A stretch of 64,000 nt of DNA, taken from Candidatus Culexmicrobium cathedralense. Lineage in GTDB: Archaea; Thermoproteota; Methanomethylicia; Culexarchaeales; Culexmicrobiaceae. Location of the stretch: NCBI GenBank assembly GCA_025061115.1, contig JANZKC010000004.1, positions 64,001-128,000 of the forward strand, written 5' to 3'. A program made the position numbers and the translations under genes. Below the pieces are notes generated by a model that saw only the letters and a list, made by a program, of their open reading frames with translations, searched no databases and was not told where the DNA came from. Positions 12,323-21,901 of the stretch are shown here, in pieces; the stretch's first letter is position 1, and each line of letters starts with the position of its first letter.

Positions 12323-12889
12323 TCATTGAACAACTCTCAAATTAATTTTATATTCAACAGTTTGCAATGGAAAATAACCTACAAACATTAATGCATATAT
12401 CCTAAATCTTAGCGTTATGGTTAAAACATAATTTTTAGGAGGAATCTGATATTTGACTAGATGCATATTAATAATTATGTGATCGCCCATATTCCACCAA
12501 TAATCACCAATGTTAAAAATGGTGAAGTATTTATCAAAACATATCAAATCAATTATTTCAATAGTAAACCCAGTTATAATTGGAATAGTAATGTTTTCAG
12601 AAATTTTTCCAATAATTATTTTAAATAAATGTGGCACTCCCTGCGCAAGTTTAGAAGCATTAACATAAATTGGATGTATGCCTACGAGCAATTTTAATGA
12701 GCCAAAATTTGATTTAATTAGTATATACTCAAAGTGCCATGGATATGTCGAGTTCATTTCTAATAACTTATTAACAGTATTCTCTTCAATTGTGTTTAAT
12801 TTTTTAGGAGAAAAATAATTATATATGAAGATTGATGATATAAATAGAAATATAATAAATATAAAGAAAAATTTCTTATATCTTTTCAT
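12323..12889 (-). CDS. Hypothetical membrane-anchored protein in AT-rich island
   Basis: N-terminal basic residues then a hydrophobic helix; beta-rich body; very AT-rich. Confidence 0.7.
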   Translation of the reverse strand: MKRYKKFFFIFIIFLFISSIFIYNYFSPKKLNTIEENTVNKLLEMNSTYPWHFEYILIKSNFGSLKLLVGIHPIYVNASKLAQGVPHLFKIIIGKISENITIPIITGFTIEIIDLICFDKYFTIFNIGDYWWNMGDHIIINMHLVKYQIPPKNYVLTITLRFRIYALMFVGYFPLQTVEYKINLRVVQ

Positions 12890-12916
12890 TTTTTATCACC
12901 GATTCTATCTTAATAG

Positions 12917-13714
12917 TCATGGTGGTATAACATTTACTATTATTTGAAAGCTTATTTGATAAGTGCCGATGTATATGTTCCTAAGTGTCAGGGGTTGAAT
13001 TATCTCCGAAGATCTTCCTGAAGGCGATATTGAGTCTAGCCATCCAGGATCATTTGTCTCAAGGTATATGCTGGCTTCAGCAGTTATCGTAACAACATAT
13101 TGTCCTTCATAATCAAAAGCAGTAAACATTTTTGAAGCAGCTGTAACTGAATGATCATTCATTGTAAATTGAATCCAATGACCACCTGAACCTATAGTGA
13201 GAGAAACTGGCGATGGATAATATTTTAGTAGCATTTCTATAACCCCCAATATGTCAAGTAGCGTTTCAAGTAACTCCCTATACTCAAAAGTCCCCTCATC
13301 ACCACTACCTAAGTTAGTTTCGATATATTCTACGTGCGAACTAAATACGCAATGCTCCCCGCCATCTATCTTTACCCACATACTGCCGACATAAGGTTTA
13401 TAATAATACGTTTCACCACTTGGAGTAGTTCTAGTCCATTCATCTTCTAGTCTAACTGCTAATGAGACTTTCCATAGCCAATCATCCCCTTGCGGGACAT
13501 CCGTATAATACTCAATAGCGACAGCAAATCCTTTTGAGACAACGTGACTGCCAGAGCCATCATCATAGTAATAATAGAACCACGTTGTATCTCCGCTACT
13601 TTCACGTTTAAGTGTTGGAGCATATGCTTTCAATGTTATTAATGGGACCATCATTAATAGTATCAAAATTATTATTAATATTTTTACTTTGAAATTTTCC
13701 ATATTTTCACCCAC
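12917..13714 (-). CDS. Hypothetical secreted protein in AT-rich island
   Basis: Signal peptide ending AYA; beta-strand-rich body with one central amphipathic helix. Confidence 0.75.
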   Translation of the reverse strand: MGENMENFKVKILIIILILLMMVPLITLKAYAPTLKRESSGDTTWFYYYYDDGSGSHVVSKGFAVAIEYYTDVPQGDDWLWKVSLAVRLEDEWTRTTPSGETYYYKPYVGSMWVKIDGGEHCVFSSHVEYIETNLGSGDEGTFEYRELLETLLDILGVIEMLLKYYPSPVSLTIGSGGHWIQFTMNDHSVTAASKMFTAFDYEGQYVVTITAEASIYLETNDPGWLDSISPSGRSSEIIQPLTLRNIYIGTYQISFQIIVNVIPP

Positions 13715-14025
13715 TTTTATTTTAATTTTTTCCTATATATATATTTTTTAAACTTCATAATAATAGAAAATTTTAAACTATTATCATTTTCTTGGGAAAA
13801 TTAAGAGCAATTTAAGGTGAACTAAGAACCTCAAGGAAAGCTGATGAGCGTTCATAATTATAATATTTGATTTTGGTGTGGATTTAGGCATTGATGGAAC
13901 TGAATTAATAAGCTTTTCTTATTTGAGATTCTAGGAGAATAGTTGAAAACTCATGATTATTTGGACTAGATCTGATATGCCATTTCAGTGTTCTGAAGAT
14001 GAGTTGTGATTATGCAGATTTATAC

Positions 14026-15294
14026 TTATATTTCAATTTCTTCTTCGTTTGATGGAGTTATTACTTCTATTCCAAGAGCGTCTTTTACTTCGTTTACAAA
14101 TGATTTTGCGCTATCTTCTTCGCTGTGGACCATGATTATTTTCGTATTTTTCTTCATTTTGCTAATTATGTTTAATAGGTCTTTTTTGCCGCAGTGTGAT
14201 GAGAAATCGAACCACCGTACTTCTGCTTTCACTCTTTCCACTCTTTTTCCAAAGTTGAATACTCCGCTTTCTAGTAGTATGTGTCCTGGTGTTCCGGGAA
14301 TTTGATAGGAGACTAAGATCACTGCGTTCTTTTCATTTCTGGCTATCTTTTTCATGTAGAATACTGCCGTTCCTCCCTTCAGCATTCCTGCTGGAGAGAC
14401 TATTATTCCCGGTTTTTTGCATGCTTTTCTTCTGTCGGACCACCCAGACACCCACTTTGCCTTTTCAAGTGCCTTGGTCAGTAATTTGTAATTTCTGAAG
14501 TATCTTGGATGTTTGAACATGATCTTGCTTGCCTTTCTAGCCATTCCATCAAGCGTTACTGGATATTTCAATTTATGCGCAGTAAGCACGCATAGAATTT
14601 CTTGGGATCTGCCTACTGAGAACGCGGGGACTAATGCTATTCCGCCTCTTTCAACAACTTCCGTGACTGCGGCGATGAACTCTTTTTCAGTTTCAGCTCT
14701 ATCTGGGTGGTCTACCGTTGCATAGGTTCCTTCAATGATAAGCGCGTCGAGTTTTGGAACTTTCATTGAAGCTCCTTTTAGCAGCCTGGTGTTTACAGTG
14801 TTTAGGTCGCCCGTGTAAAGTATTCGCTTTCCATCAGCTTCGACCATTATCATCATGCTTCCGGGTATGTGACCTGCATTTAAAATCTTGATTTTAGCCT
14901 TTCCAACTTTGAGCTCGTCTCCGTAGAAGACGGGGTTTAGCGCTTTCATCATGGTTTTCAGCTCTAGATTTTCGTATGGGAGATAGTAGCCTGTTAGATG
15001 AATGAAGTCTTGGATTAGAAGCTCCGTTATTTCGGCCGTTAGTCTAGTAGCGATGAATTTAGGTTTTTCAGTTATGTAGAGTAGTGGTATTCCTCCGGAG
15101 TGGTCTAGGTGGGCGTGACTTAGAATTACTGCGTCTAGATCTTTAGGTGAAACGTGTGATGGAAATTCGGGTTCACCATTTGTCAGCATTACTCCGTAAT
15201 CGAGTAGCAGTTGCTTGTTTTCCCCGAAGTTCACTAGTATTCCTGACCTTCCAACCTCTAATCCACCACCAAGTATTTTCACTTTCATCGTCAA
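14026..15294 (-). CDS. Beta-CASP MBL-fold ribonuclease (aCPSF2 type)
   Basis: GGGLEVGRS, SHAHLDHSG, AGHIPGS, YTGD, FSSHC; lacks the KH domains of aCPSF1. Confidence 0.9.
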   Translation of the reverse strand: MTMKVKILGGGLEVGRSGILVNFGENKQLLLDYGVMLTNGEPEFPSHVSPKDLDAVILSHAHLDHSGGIPLLYITEKPKFIATRLTAEITELLIQDFIHLTGYYLPYENLELKTMMKALNPVFYGDELKVGKAKIKILNAGHIPGSMMIMVEADGKRILYTGDLNTVNTRLLKGASMKVPKLDALIIEGTYATVDHPDRAETEKEFIAAVTEVVERGGIALVPAFSVGRSQEILCVLTAHKLKYPVTLDGMARKASKIMFKHPRYFRNYKLLTKALEKAKWVSGWSDRRKACKKPGIIVSPAGMLKGGTAVFYMKKIARNEKNAVILVSYQIPGTPGHILLESGVFNFGKRVERVKAEVRWFDFSSHCGKKDLLNIISKMKKNTKIIMVHSEEDSAKSFVNEVKDALGIEVITPSNEEEIEI

Positions 15295-15365
15295 TTTTTC
15301 CTCTCCGCTACTTATTTTGCAAGTTAACTTTAAATTCTATTTATCAAAGTTGTTTGAGGGGGTTA

Positions 15366-16091
15366 ATGTTGTCCATTAGGATCGTGCTGAATAAAAATGT
15401 TTCTTTCGATGGCTGCACTTTCATCTCTGGCTTTCATGGCATTGGATTGACTGGCTTTATTGCGGTTAAGCATATGGTTAAGCAGCTTGATGCTGAAAAG
15501 ATAGGTTTCATTGAAACTAAGCTGCTTCCACCATTCGTATCTATGGATGGAGATGAAATTGTAACTCCATTCGAGTTTTTCAGGCACTCCAACTTTGTTT
15601 TTCTTGTAGTTGAAGCTCCCCCACATGCTCGTGAGCAATATCTCTTTTCCACGTTTTTGGCTGATTGGATAGTGAAAAGCAATTTTTCAAAGGCAATACT
15701 GATTGGCGGCTTGGATAAGAGGTTTAAGCGTAATGAAGATTTGCTGTACAAATTTGCGATGACTCGCGCCTTTAAGAGGAAGTTTTCTTCTCAGAGCTTT
15801 CCTCCGCTTGAAAAGGAGCTTCATGCATTTGGACTATTAGCACTTCTTCTAGCTCGGCTTGAAATTAGGGATTTCCCTGCATTGGCTGTTTTGCCCTATG
15901 CTGATGCTTCCAGGCCGGATCCATTTGCAGCGGCAATGGCCATAAAATTTGTCAATAAATTCTGCAACTTGGATGTCGACGTTTCTGAATTAATTGAAGA
16001 GGCTGAGCGCATTGAATCTGAAGTTAACAAGCTGATCCAGCAATGGGCTGAAAGGGCTAAGCTAGATCAAAGAAGGACTTTGTACATGTAG
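15366..16091 (+). CDS. PAC2-family proteasome assembly chaperone
   Basis: GFHGIGLTGFIA, IGGLD, PDPFAAA; start moved to ATG 15366. Confidence 0.88.
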   Translation: MLSIRIVLNKNVSFDGCTFISGFHGIGLTGFIAVKHMVKQLDAEKIGFIETKLLPPFVSMDGDEIVTPFEFFRHSNFVFLVVEAPPHAREQYLFSTFLADWIVKSNFSKAILIGGLDKRFKRNEDLLYKFAMTRAFKRKFSSQSFPPLEKELHAFGLLALLLARLEIRDFPALAVLPYADASRPDPFAAAMAIKFVNKFCNLDVDVSELIEEAERIESEVNKLIQQWAERAKLDQRRTLYM

Positions 16092-16102
16092 ATAAATGGA
16101 CG

Positions 16103-17719
16103 CTAATCAGCCCTTAATGTTTCACTTAAAACCTCTCTTATCCTTTTCCAATCATTATGCCATATCACTTTTATTTCTCTATTTAGCTTCTTGCACTCTC
16201 TCATTATCTCCATCTTTAATTGGTTGCTCCAGTCATCTGATTTTTCGAAGAATATCACCGTTTTATAATCGTTATTCTTGATAAGCTCATTGAGCGCTTC
16301 CAATACGATGCTTTCTGCATTAAGATCCTTAAATATGCTCTTTTCATACTGCGATAGCGGGTAAACTTCATCAAGCTCTAGTGGTACGATGCCAAATGGT
16401 AAACAGTATATGCATTCATGCACTTCGCCGCTTTTTTCCTTCGCTATCTCCTCGATAATTCTGAGGACTTTAACTACGTAATTGCTTTCGTGAAATGGTC
16501 TTTCATGAGGGTCGGGTAGGAGAAGAAGCACTCGCTTACCTGGAAATCTGACGTTTTCGCTTAGCCTCTTCACGTGCCTAGTGACTTCGGGGCGTATTAA
16601 TCCTTCACTTGTGGTATAGAATATTCCTCTTACTTTGCTTTTTACTACTGGATCGAATTTCTCCAAATAATGCTTATATTTTTTCAATCTAAGCACCGCT
16701 TGGTAGAGTTGCGGATGAGCTTTTGCGCGCATTTCAATTAATTCCCAAAGAGTGCCCTCATGGATGGCCTGCCTAATGTTATTCATCTCCTGCAACACTA
16801 CTGCCAAGTTGTGCTCTGCCAAGTAACGTATGCGCATTTCCCTGCTCATTTCCTTTAAGTCCTCTACATCCATTTTTCTGCATACGTCGCAGCTGCATGG
16901 TAGTGAATGAAGCCTAGAAAGCTTAATTGTCCCTCTCGATGTCATGTACCTTTCATCTCGCGCGTAAATGGCGTAAGCAGCTGAATCAAACGTATCGCAT
17001 CCAAGTGCGACGAGGAGTGGGAGCGTAATTGGGTGCCCTGCACCGAAAAGGTGTATTGGGCGCTCTAGGGGGAGTGCCTTCTTGGCTGTTACTACTAGAT
17101 CTACAAGCTCGTCGAACTTGTACTTCTCCATGAACTGCGTTGGACCTCCAATTCCATGCATTTGAAAGTTCATCTCGCCGATTTTCTTCGCACAGTATTC
17201 GACTAAATCTAAGAATTTGCCTCCTTGAACTGGACCCACCCAAATAATGTCTTCACGGGTTGCTGCCTTTAGACTTATTTCTGCGTTCTTCAAAGTCTCC
17301 TTCACTCTTTTCAGCGCCTCATTGTATGCTGCCGCTCTGGGTGTCGGTATGTCGAGGATTACGGCAATATCACTGTTCAAGGCTTCTTGAACTCGTATGA
17401 CTTCATCCGGCCCGATAGATACAGCGCCATATACAAGTATTTGGTAAGCTCCTGAATCCGTCATTATGGTATATGGGAAGTTGAACATTTCATGAATATC
17501 CCTTATTGGTGAAGATGACTCATTTAAAAATTTCTTCACTAAATATGCATTTGTTATTATTGTCCTTAATCCGTACTTCTCCTTGATAACTTCTACTGGT
17601 ATCACATTTTTATGTGGACTAATCACAGGGAAAAAAGCTGGAGTTTCTATAGTTCCACTTTTCGTCCTCAGCCTTCCTATTCTACCTGCCAAGTCTCGGT
17701 CTAATATTTCAAAGATCAT
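16103..17719 (-). CDS. tgtA: Archaeosine tRNA-guanine(15) transglycosylase
   Basis: ETPAFFPV, MTDSGAYQ, HLFGAGHP, DTFDSAAY, CSCDVC..HNL zinc site. Confidence 0.96.
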   Translation of the reverse strand: MIFEILDRDLAGRIGRLRTKSGTIETPAFFPVISPHKNVIPVEVIKEKYGLRTIITNAYLVKKFLNESSSPIRDIHEMFNFPYTIMTDSGAYQILVYGAVSIGPDEVIRVQEALNSDIAVILDIPTPRAAAYNEALKRVKETLKNAEISLKAATREDIIWVGPVQGGKFLDLVEYCAKKIGEMNFQMHGIGGPTQFMEKYKFDELVDLVVTAKKALPLERPIHLFGAGHPITLPLLVALGCDTFDSAAYAIYARDERYMTSRGTIKLSRLHSLPCSCDVCRKMDVEDLKEMSREMRIRYLAEHNLAVVLQEMNNIRQAIHEGTLWELIEMRAKAHPQLYQAVLRLKKYKHYLEKFDPVVKSKVRGIFYTTSEGLIRPEVTRHVKRLSENVRFPGKRVLLLLPDPHERPFHESNYVVKVLRIIEEIAKEKSGEVHECIYCLPFGIVPLELDEVYPLSQYEKSIFKDLNAESIVLEALNELIKNNDYKTVIFFEKSDDWSNQLKMEIMRECKKLNREIKVIWHNDWKRIREVLSETLRAD

Positions 17720-18169
17720 TTAAGCTTCACTTGGCTTCTTCTTCTCGGACACGAACTGCTCGTAAATGCGCTTAACTCTCTCCGCTACAGGGCCCGTGCC
17801 CTCAACAACACCTTCCTCTGTGACTCGCACTCTGTCCATAACTACAATTACCCCTGCTTCTTCATACAACTTAACCATGTTCGGAAACACTTTCTCAAGC
17901 CTTTCTGCTAATCCTCTTAAATCGAAAGGCTCCTCCTGTCTAATTATCTCGGAGACGACATCTCCTCGAATAAAAACTCTAGCATAAGTCGCTCCACTTT
18001 CATCCTTAGCACTAGACAAGCATAGGCTCAATGTATTGGGATCATATCCAATTAATCGCCCTGAATAGGTTCTTCCCAAGGTGGTCCTAACACTAACCAT
18101 TTTATCCAGCAACAAAGTTAGCTCTCTCAAGAACCTCGAGCTTCCAGTTGCAGTCAAACTACTAATCAT
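17720..18169 (-). CDS. Lsm protein with C-terminal domain (SmAP3 type)
   Basis: Sm1/Sm2 motifs (YSGRLIGYDP, FIRGDVV) plus C-terminal domain; start moved to ATG 18169. Confidence 0.88.
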   Translation of the reverse strand: MISSLTATGSSRFLRELTLLLDKMVSVRTTLGRTYSGRLIGYDPNTLSLCLSSAKDESGATYARVFIRGDVVSEIIRQEEPFDLRGLAERLEKVFPNMVKLYEEAGVIVVMDRVRVTEEGVVEGTGPVAERVKRIYEQFVSEKKKPSEA

Positions 18170-18255
18170 TATTTTTCCTCCAACCGAATTTGGATTAGGC
18201 AGAAGCATTTATTTGCTTTTTCATTTAATAGACTTGCTGGTTGGTGGTGCAACTC

Positions 18256-18648
18256 ATGAACTTGTCACTTAAAGCTCGAATTGACAGAATTGAGCCTTCT
18301 GAAGTTAAGGGAATCAGGACTTACCACTTTTCCGTATACGATGAAAAGGTAAGCATTGTAGGAGAGCTTCCAGATAGGCTTGTAGATGAAAAAATGAAGA
18401 AAGGCGATGAAGTAATCTTCCTAATATCCGATGAAGACATCTCTTTATCAGATCTCTCACAGTTTGGCTCTCCAATCACAATGTTCGAAGGCGTACTTTT
18501 TAAAAAGTCAACTTTGGAAACTGAAGGCGCAATCAAGTACTGGATATCTGTTTACGGCTTACAATTCAGAATTTCAAGCGAAAAGGATTTGCTCCCGAAC
18601 GTTCGTAAAATTCAAATTGCAATTTGTAAGACACCTCCACGCGATTAA
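18256..18648 (+). CDS. rpo8: Probable RNA polymerase subunit Rpo8 (RpoG)
   Basis: OB-fold pattern with ISVYGLQFRISS, matching the Rpo8/RPB8 IS(F/L)GGL-like motif; divergent from the SmAP3 gene. Confidence 0.65.
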   Translation: MNLSLKARIDRIEPSEVKGIRTYHFSVYDEKVSIVGELPDRLVDEKMKKGDEVIFLISDEDISLSDLSQFGSPITMFEGVLFKKSTLETEGAIKYWISVYGLQFRISSEKDLLPNVRKIQIAICKTPPRD

Positions 18649-18797
18649 ATACACTTTCACTTATCTCTCCTCTACCTAACTAATTGTTTAAAAATATTAT
18701 ATGTAAACTGAATGGTACTAATTGTTCTATTAAAAGTATTTAGATATAAGAAAAAGTTTAATAATTAAAACTAAATAATTTTATACTTGGTGTCTAC

Positions 18798-19787
18798 ATG
18801 ATTAACAAGAACATGCGATGCAAAGAGTGTGGAGGTCCCTTGGTTTTATCGAAGTATGGTGAATGGGTTTGTGCAAGATGTGGGCTTGTCGATGACCAAT
18901 TGCTTTTACCGCCGCTTTTCGAAATAGAGCCTTTATCAGACTTTTCGGCTTCATTTAAAATTTATGTTAGTCCAGATGGGAAGCCGATTAAGCGGGATGG
19001 CCTTGGATCAGTAATTCTAAGGTGTAAAGGCCAATTTAAAGATAGTAAGGGTAATGTTCTCAGCTATAAGCGCTTTTCAAAGTTGCAACGCACTCACACG
19101 CTTTACTCTCGCTCAGCAAGTATGAAGGTAGGGAGCAATGCGATGGACTCGCTTCGCAGGGCATGTGCATCTATGGATGTTCCAGCTCACGTGTATGAAA
19201 GATCATGCTATATTTACTTGAAGGCTTTGAAGTGCGTGAAGAGTAAGGGTTCAAGCTACTCTTTAGCTGCTGCTTCACTGCTAATTGCTTCAAGAGAGTT
19301 GAAATACCCCCTCACGTTAAGAGAAGTTGTCCACCTATTCTCGAGCATGGGTCATCGCGTAGTTCCTAGAACAGTTTCAAGACTTGCGGCTGAAATACTG
19401 AATAAGCTTGGAATTAAGCACGTCTCAAGAAGTCCTGAAGACTATCTGCCCAAAATTATCAATGAGCTTAGGAATGTGAAGCGCGTGAAGAGGCAGCTCG
19501 AGGATCTAGGTCTTGACGGCGATAAATATTTCGTGCTGCTCTCCCAAAAGGCATACTTCGTTTTTAACCTTTTAGGCAACCGCATAAAAGTAGGTAAAAA
19601 TCCATATCTACTTGCTGTCTCAGTGATTTACGTCGCTGATAAATTAGTTGCCAAAGAATTGAATTGTAAGCCTCTTCTTTCGCAAAAGCTACTTGCGGTA
19701 CACTTAAACTCAACGGAGTACACTATTAGGCAGCATTATAAGATTATCCGAAGCTGCTTGTCAAATGCTGATAAAAGGCAGGCGTGA
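18798..19787 (+). CDS. tfb: Divergent transcription initiation factor IIB paralog
   Basis: Zinc ribbon CKECGG..VCARCGLV, two cyclin repeats (LAAASLLIASR, GKNPYLLAVSVIY), HTH STEYTIRQHYK. Confidence 0.88.
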   Translation: MINKNMRCKECGGPLVLSKYGEWVCARCGLVDDQLLLPPLFEIEPLSDFSASFKIYVSPDGKPIKRDGLGSVILRCKGQFKDSKGNVLSYKRFSKLQRTHTLYSRSASMKVGSNAMDSLRRACASMDVPAHVYERSCYIYLKALKCVKSKGSSYSLAAASLLIASRELKYPLTLREVVHLFSSMGHRVVPRTVSRLAAEILNKLGIKHVSRSPEDYLPKIINELRNVKRVKRQLEDLGLDGDKYFVLLSQKAYFVFNLLGNRIKVGKNPYLLAVSVIYVADKLVAKELNCKPLLSQKLLAVHLNSTEYTIRQHYKIIRSCLSNADKRQA

Positions 19788-19831
19788 TGCGAGGTTTAAA
19801 ATACCTTAATAGCTTCGCCAATTAAGGAGCA

Positions 19832-21901
19832 ATGAGCAATCTATGCCTACTGTCTTCAGTAATTAGGCGAAGCGCAGGAAAGGTTAAGGTGGCTTTTCTC
19901 TGCCCCAATAAATGCCGTGCTAGAAGTTCTCTCGGATTCAGTTTATGCATTTCATCTTACGTGTGTGCTACTGCTCCTCTTTTAAAAAGTGGTGCGAGTA
20001 CATTTTCTCTCTCCTTTAATTTTGCTCATAACGCTCACTTCTCCCAATACATTCTATCACTTGCAAAAGCTGTATACTTTCTTCGCTTTAAGAATTTTAG
20101 AAAGTTTAGAGAACTGTATGACTACCTATCTGAAGTTGACTCTCCCTTTAATTCTCTTAAGGATGCGCTTCTACTTCATCCAAGAGTGGGCTTCATTTAT
20201 TTTGACTTATCTCAAGCAATTAGCTGTTTAAATGACTTCATAAGAAGTGAAAGGCGCTTTCCCGGCCGTTTGATGTCCTACTTAAAATCATTACGGAAGG
20301 AATTGTTAGGTGCGTCAAAGCTGAAAGATTATGCTATTCCACTCTCTCTATCAGGTGAAAGCATTGCTGGTTTAGATAGCCCTATAGGTAAGGTTCTTGA
20401 GCGCTACCAGCTTGCTGCATTTCTAATTGAAGTAATTTCTACCTCAGAATTTTCCGAGCCAATTTACAAGGTGAATTACCTTGAAGAGTTAACACGTCTA
20501 TTGCCGGTTGTCTGGTCTGTAAGCACACTTATACGGCTAAAGAGATTTGGAAGTTTTTCTGCTGGGCATGGATACATATCAGCTCTGCTGGCTTCAAGGT
20601 TTCGCAAAGCTTTGAGAGCAGTGAAAACGTTTTTCCCGGAAGTTGATGACTGCCACGCTTCTCCTATTGCTCTTTTAGCTGCGTTTGATTCCATTGGCTT
20701 CATGAAGCTACTGCCCTTCCTCATCGACGACATGGTTGAAGAGTTCTTCATCGACAGTCCCGGCACCGGCATATACTTGGACCATTCTAGGTGGGGCCGC
20801 TGTAAATCCAATGTTTCAACAACCAATATCGATGTTAAGAGGATACTTACTCAACTTAGGGCAGAAAGCAGCCTTAGGCTAGATTACTCTTCCCCATCTT
20901 TGAAAACTGACGTAATTACGAAGTTCTTTCATGTTAGAGTTTCAGTTGATGCTCCACCGCTAACGGTTGAGGGGCCTTCTCTGATATTTAGAAGGTTTAG
21001 ACGGAGGCCGTGGACGATTGTCGACTTGATTAGAAATGGAACTATTTCAAGTGAGGCTGCAGCGTACTTGATTTTCTGCCTATTCAGAAGAAGGAACATT
21101 ATTGTAATTGGCGAGCCAGCCACTGGGAAGACTACATTAATAAATGCTCTTGACATACTGTCGCCGCCTCATTGGAGGAAAATCACGATAGAATCAATTG
21201 TTGAGAGCGTGGGTCAGTTAGATTTGGGGAAGCATCAAGTTCGATTTAGAGTTGACCCATTTGAAAGGTTAGCTCCCATGCGTCGAAAGTACTTAGAAGT
21301 TATAAGGCTTCTGCATAGATCTCCAAACTACCTCTACTTAGGGGAGATCTTAACGAAGGAGCATGTTAAAGCTCTGCTCTATGCGCTTTCATCTGGACTG
21401 CGGGGATTACAGACGTGCCATGCAAGTTCACCTGAATCCCTACTTGTAAAGTGGGTTATTCACTATGGCGTGCCTGCTTTCTGTCTAAGCGACTTAGATA
21501 CGATAGTCCTTATGAGGAGGAAGTTAACTTCCCACGTCAACCGCAGATATGTAGCAAGAATTACTGAGCCAGTTCTCACTAAGTTAGATAGCTCCTTGAA
21601 TTCAGTTAAGCTAATAGATGTTTTCAGGAGAAATTCTTACTTTGAACCTCTAAGATTGGTTATCGACTTGTACGAGTCTCCCACGTTGCAAAGGATTAGA
21701 GATGAAGATCCCATCGACAAGGATTCCTTCACTAGAGAGCTCCTATTCTATAAAAAGCTACTGGAGCTTCTCTGCAGCTTGGAAATTACTTCTCCTAAAG
21801 CTATTAGCCGCGTGTTTTTAAAGGCGTTTCTCCTTTCGCAAAATGGCGTTTTTGATGTTGAAGAGGTGATTGATGGTGTCAGCTTTTTTGAGTGTTTATA
21901 A
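19832..21901 (+). CDS. Type IV pilus/Tad secretion ATPase (VirB11/TadA family)
   Basis: Walker A GEPATGKTT, Asp box KITIE, Walker B RSPNYLYLGEI, His box TCHASSP. Confidence 0.88.
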   Translation: MSNLCLLSSVIRRSAGKVKVAFLCPNKCRARSSLGFSLCISSYVCATAPLLKSGASTFSLSFNFAHNAHFSQYILSLAKAVYFLRFKNFRKFRELYDYLSEVDSPFNSLKDALLLHPRVGFIYFDLSQAISCLNDFIRSERRFPGRLMSYLKSLRKELLGASKLKDYAIPLSLSGESIAGLDSPIGKVLERYQLAAFLIEVISTSEFSEPIYKVNYLEELTRLLPVVWSVSTLIRLKRFGSFSAGHGYISALLASRFRKALRAVKTFFPEVDDCHASPIALLAAFDSIGFMKLLPFLIDDMVEEFFIDSPGTGIYLDHSRWGRCKSNVSTTNIDVKRILTQLRAESSLRLDYSSPSLKTDVITKFFHVRVSVDAPPLTVEGPSLIFRRFRRRPWTIVDLIRNGTISSEAAAYLIFCLFRRRNIIVIGEPATGKTTLINALDILSPPHWRKITIESIVESVGQLDLGKHQVRFRVDPFERLAPMRRKYLEVIRLLHRSPNYLYLGEILTKEHVKALLYALSSGLRGLQTCHASSPESLLVKWVIHYGVPAFCLSDLDTIVLMRRKLTSHVNRRYVARITEPVLTKLDSSLNSVKLIDVFRRNSYFEPLRLVIDLYESPTLQRIRDEDPIDKDSFTRELLFYKKLLELLCSLEITSPKAISRVFLKAFLLSQNGVFDVEEVIDGVSFFECL

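Noticed and set aside
12213-14025. Island as an intact provirus or integrative element
   Set aside because: No integrase, no duplicated tRNA 3' end, no viral hallmark genes
15147-15365. N-terminal extension of the PAC2 ORF
   Set aside because: Overlaps the divergent beta-CASP gene; homology starts at Met 15366
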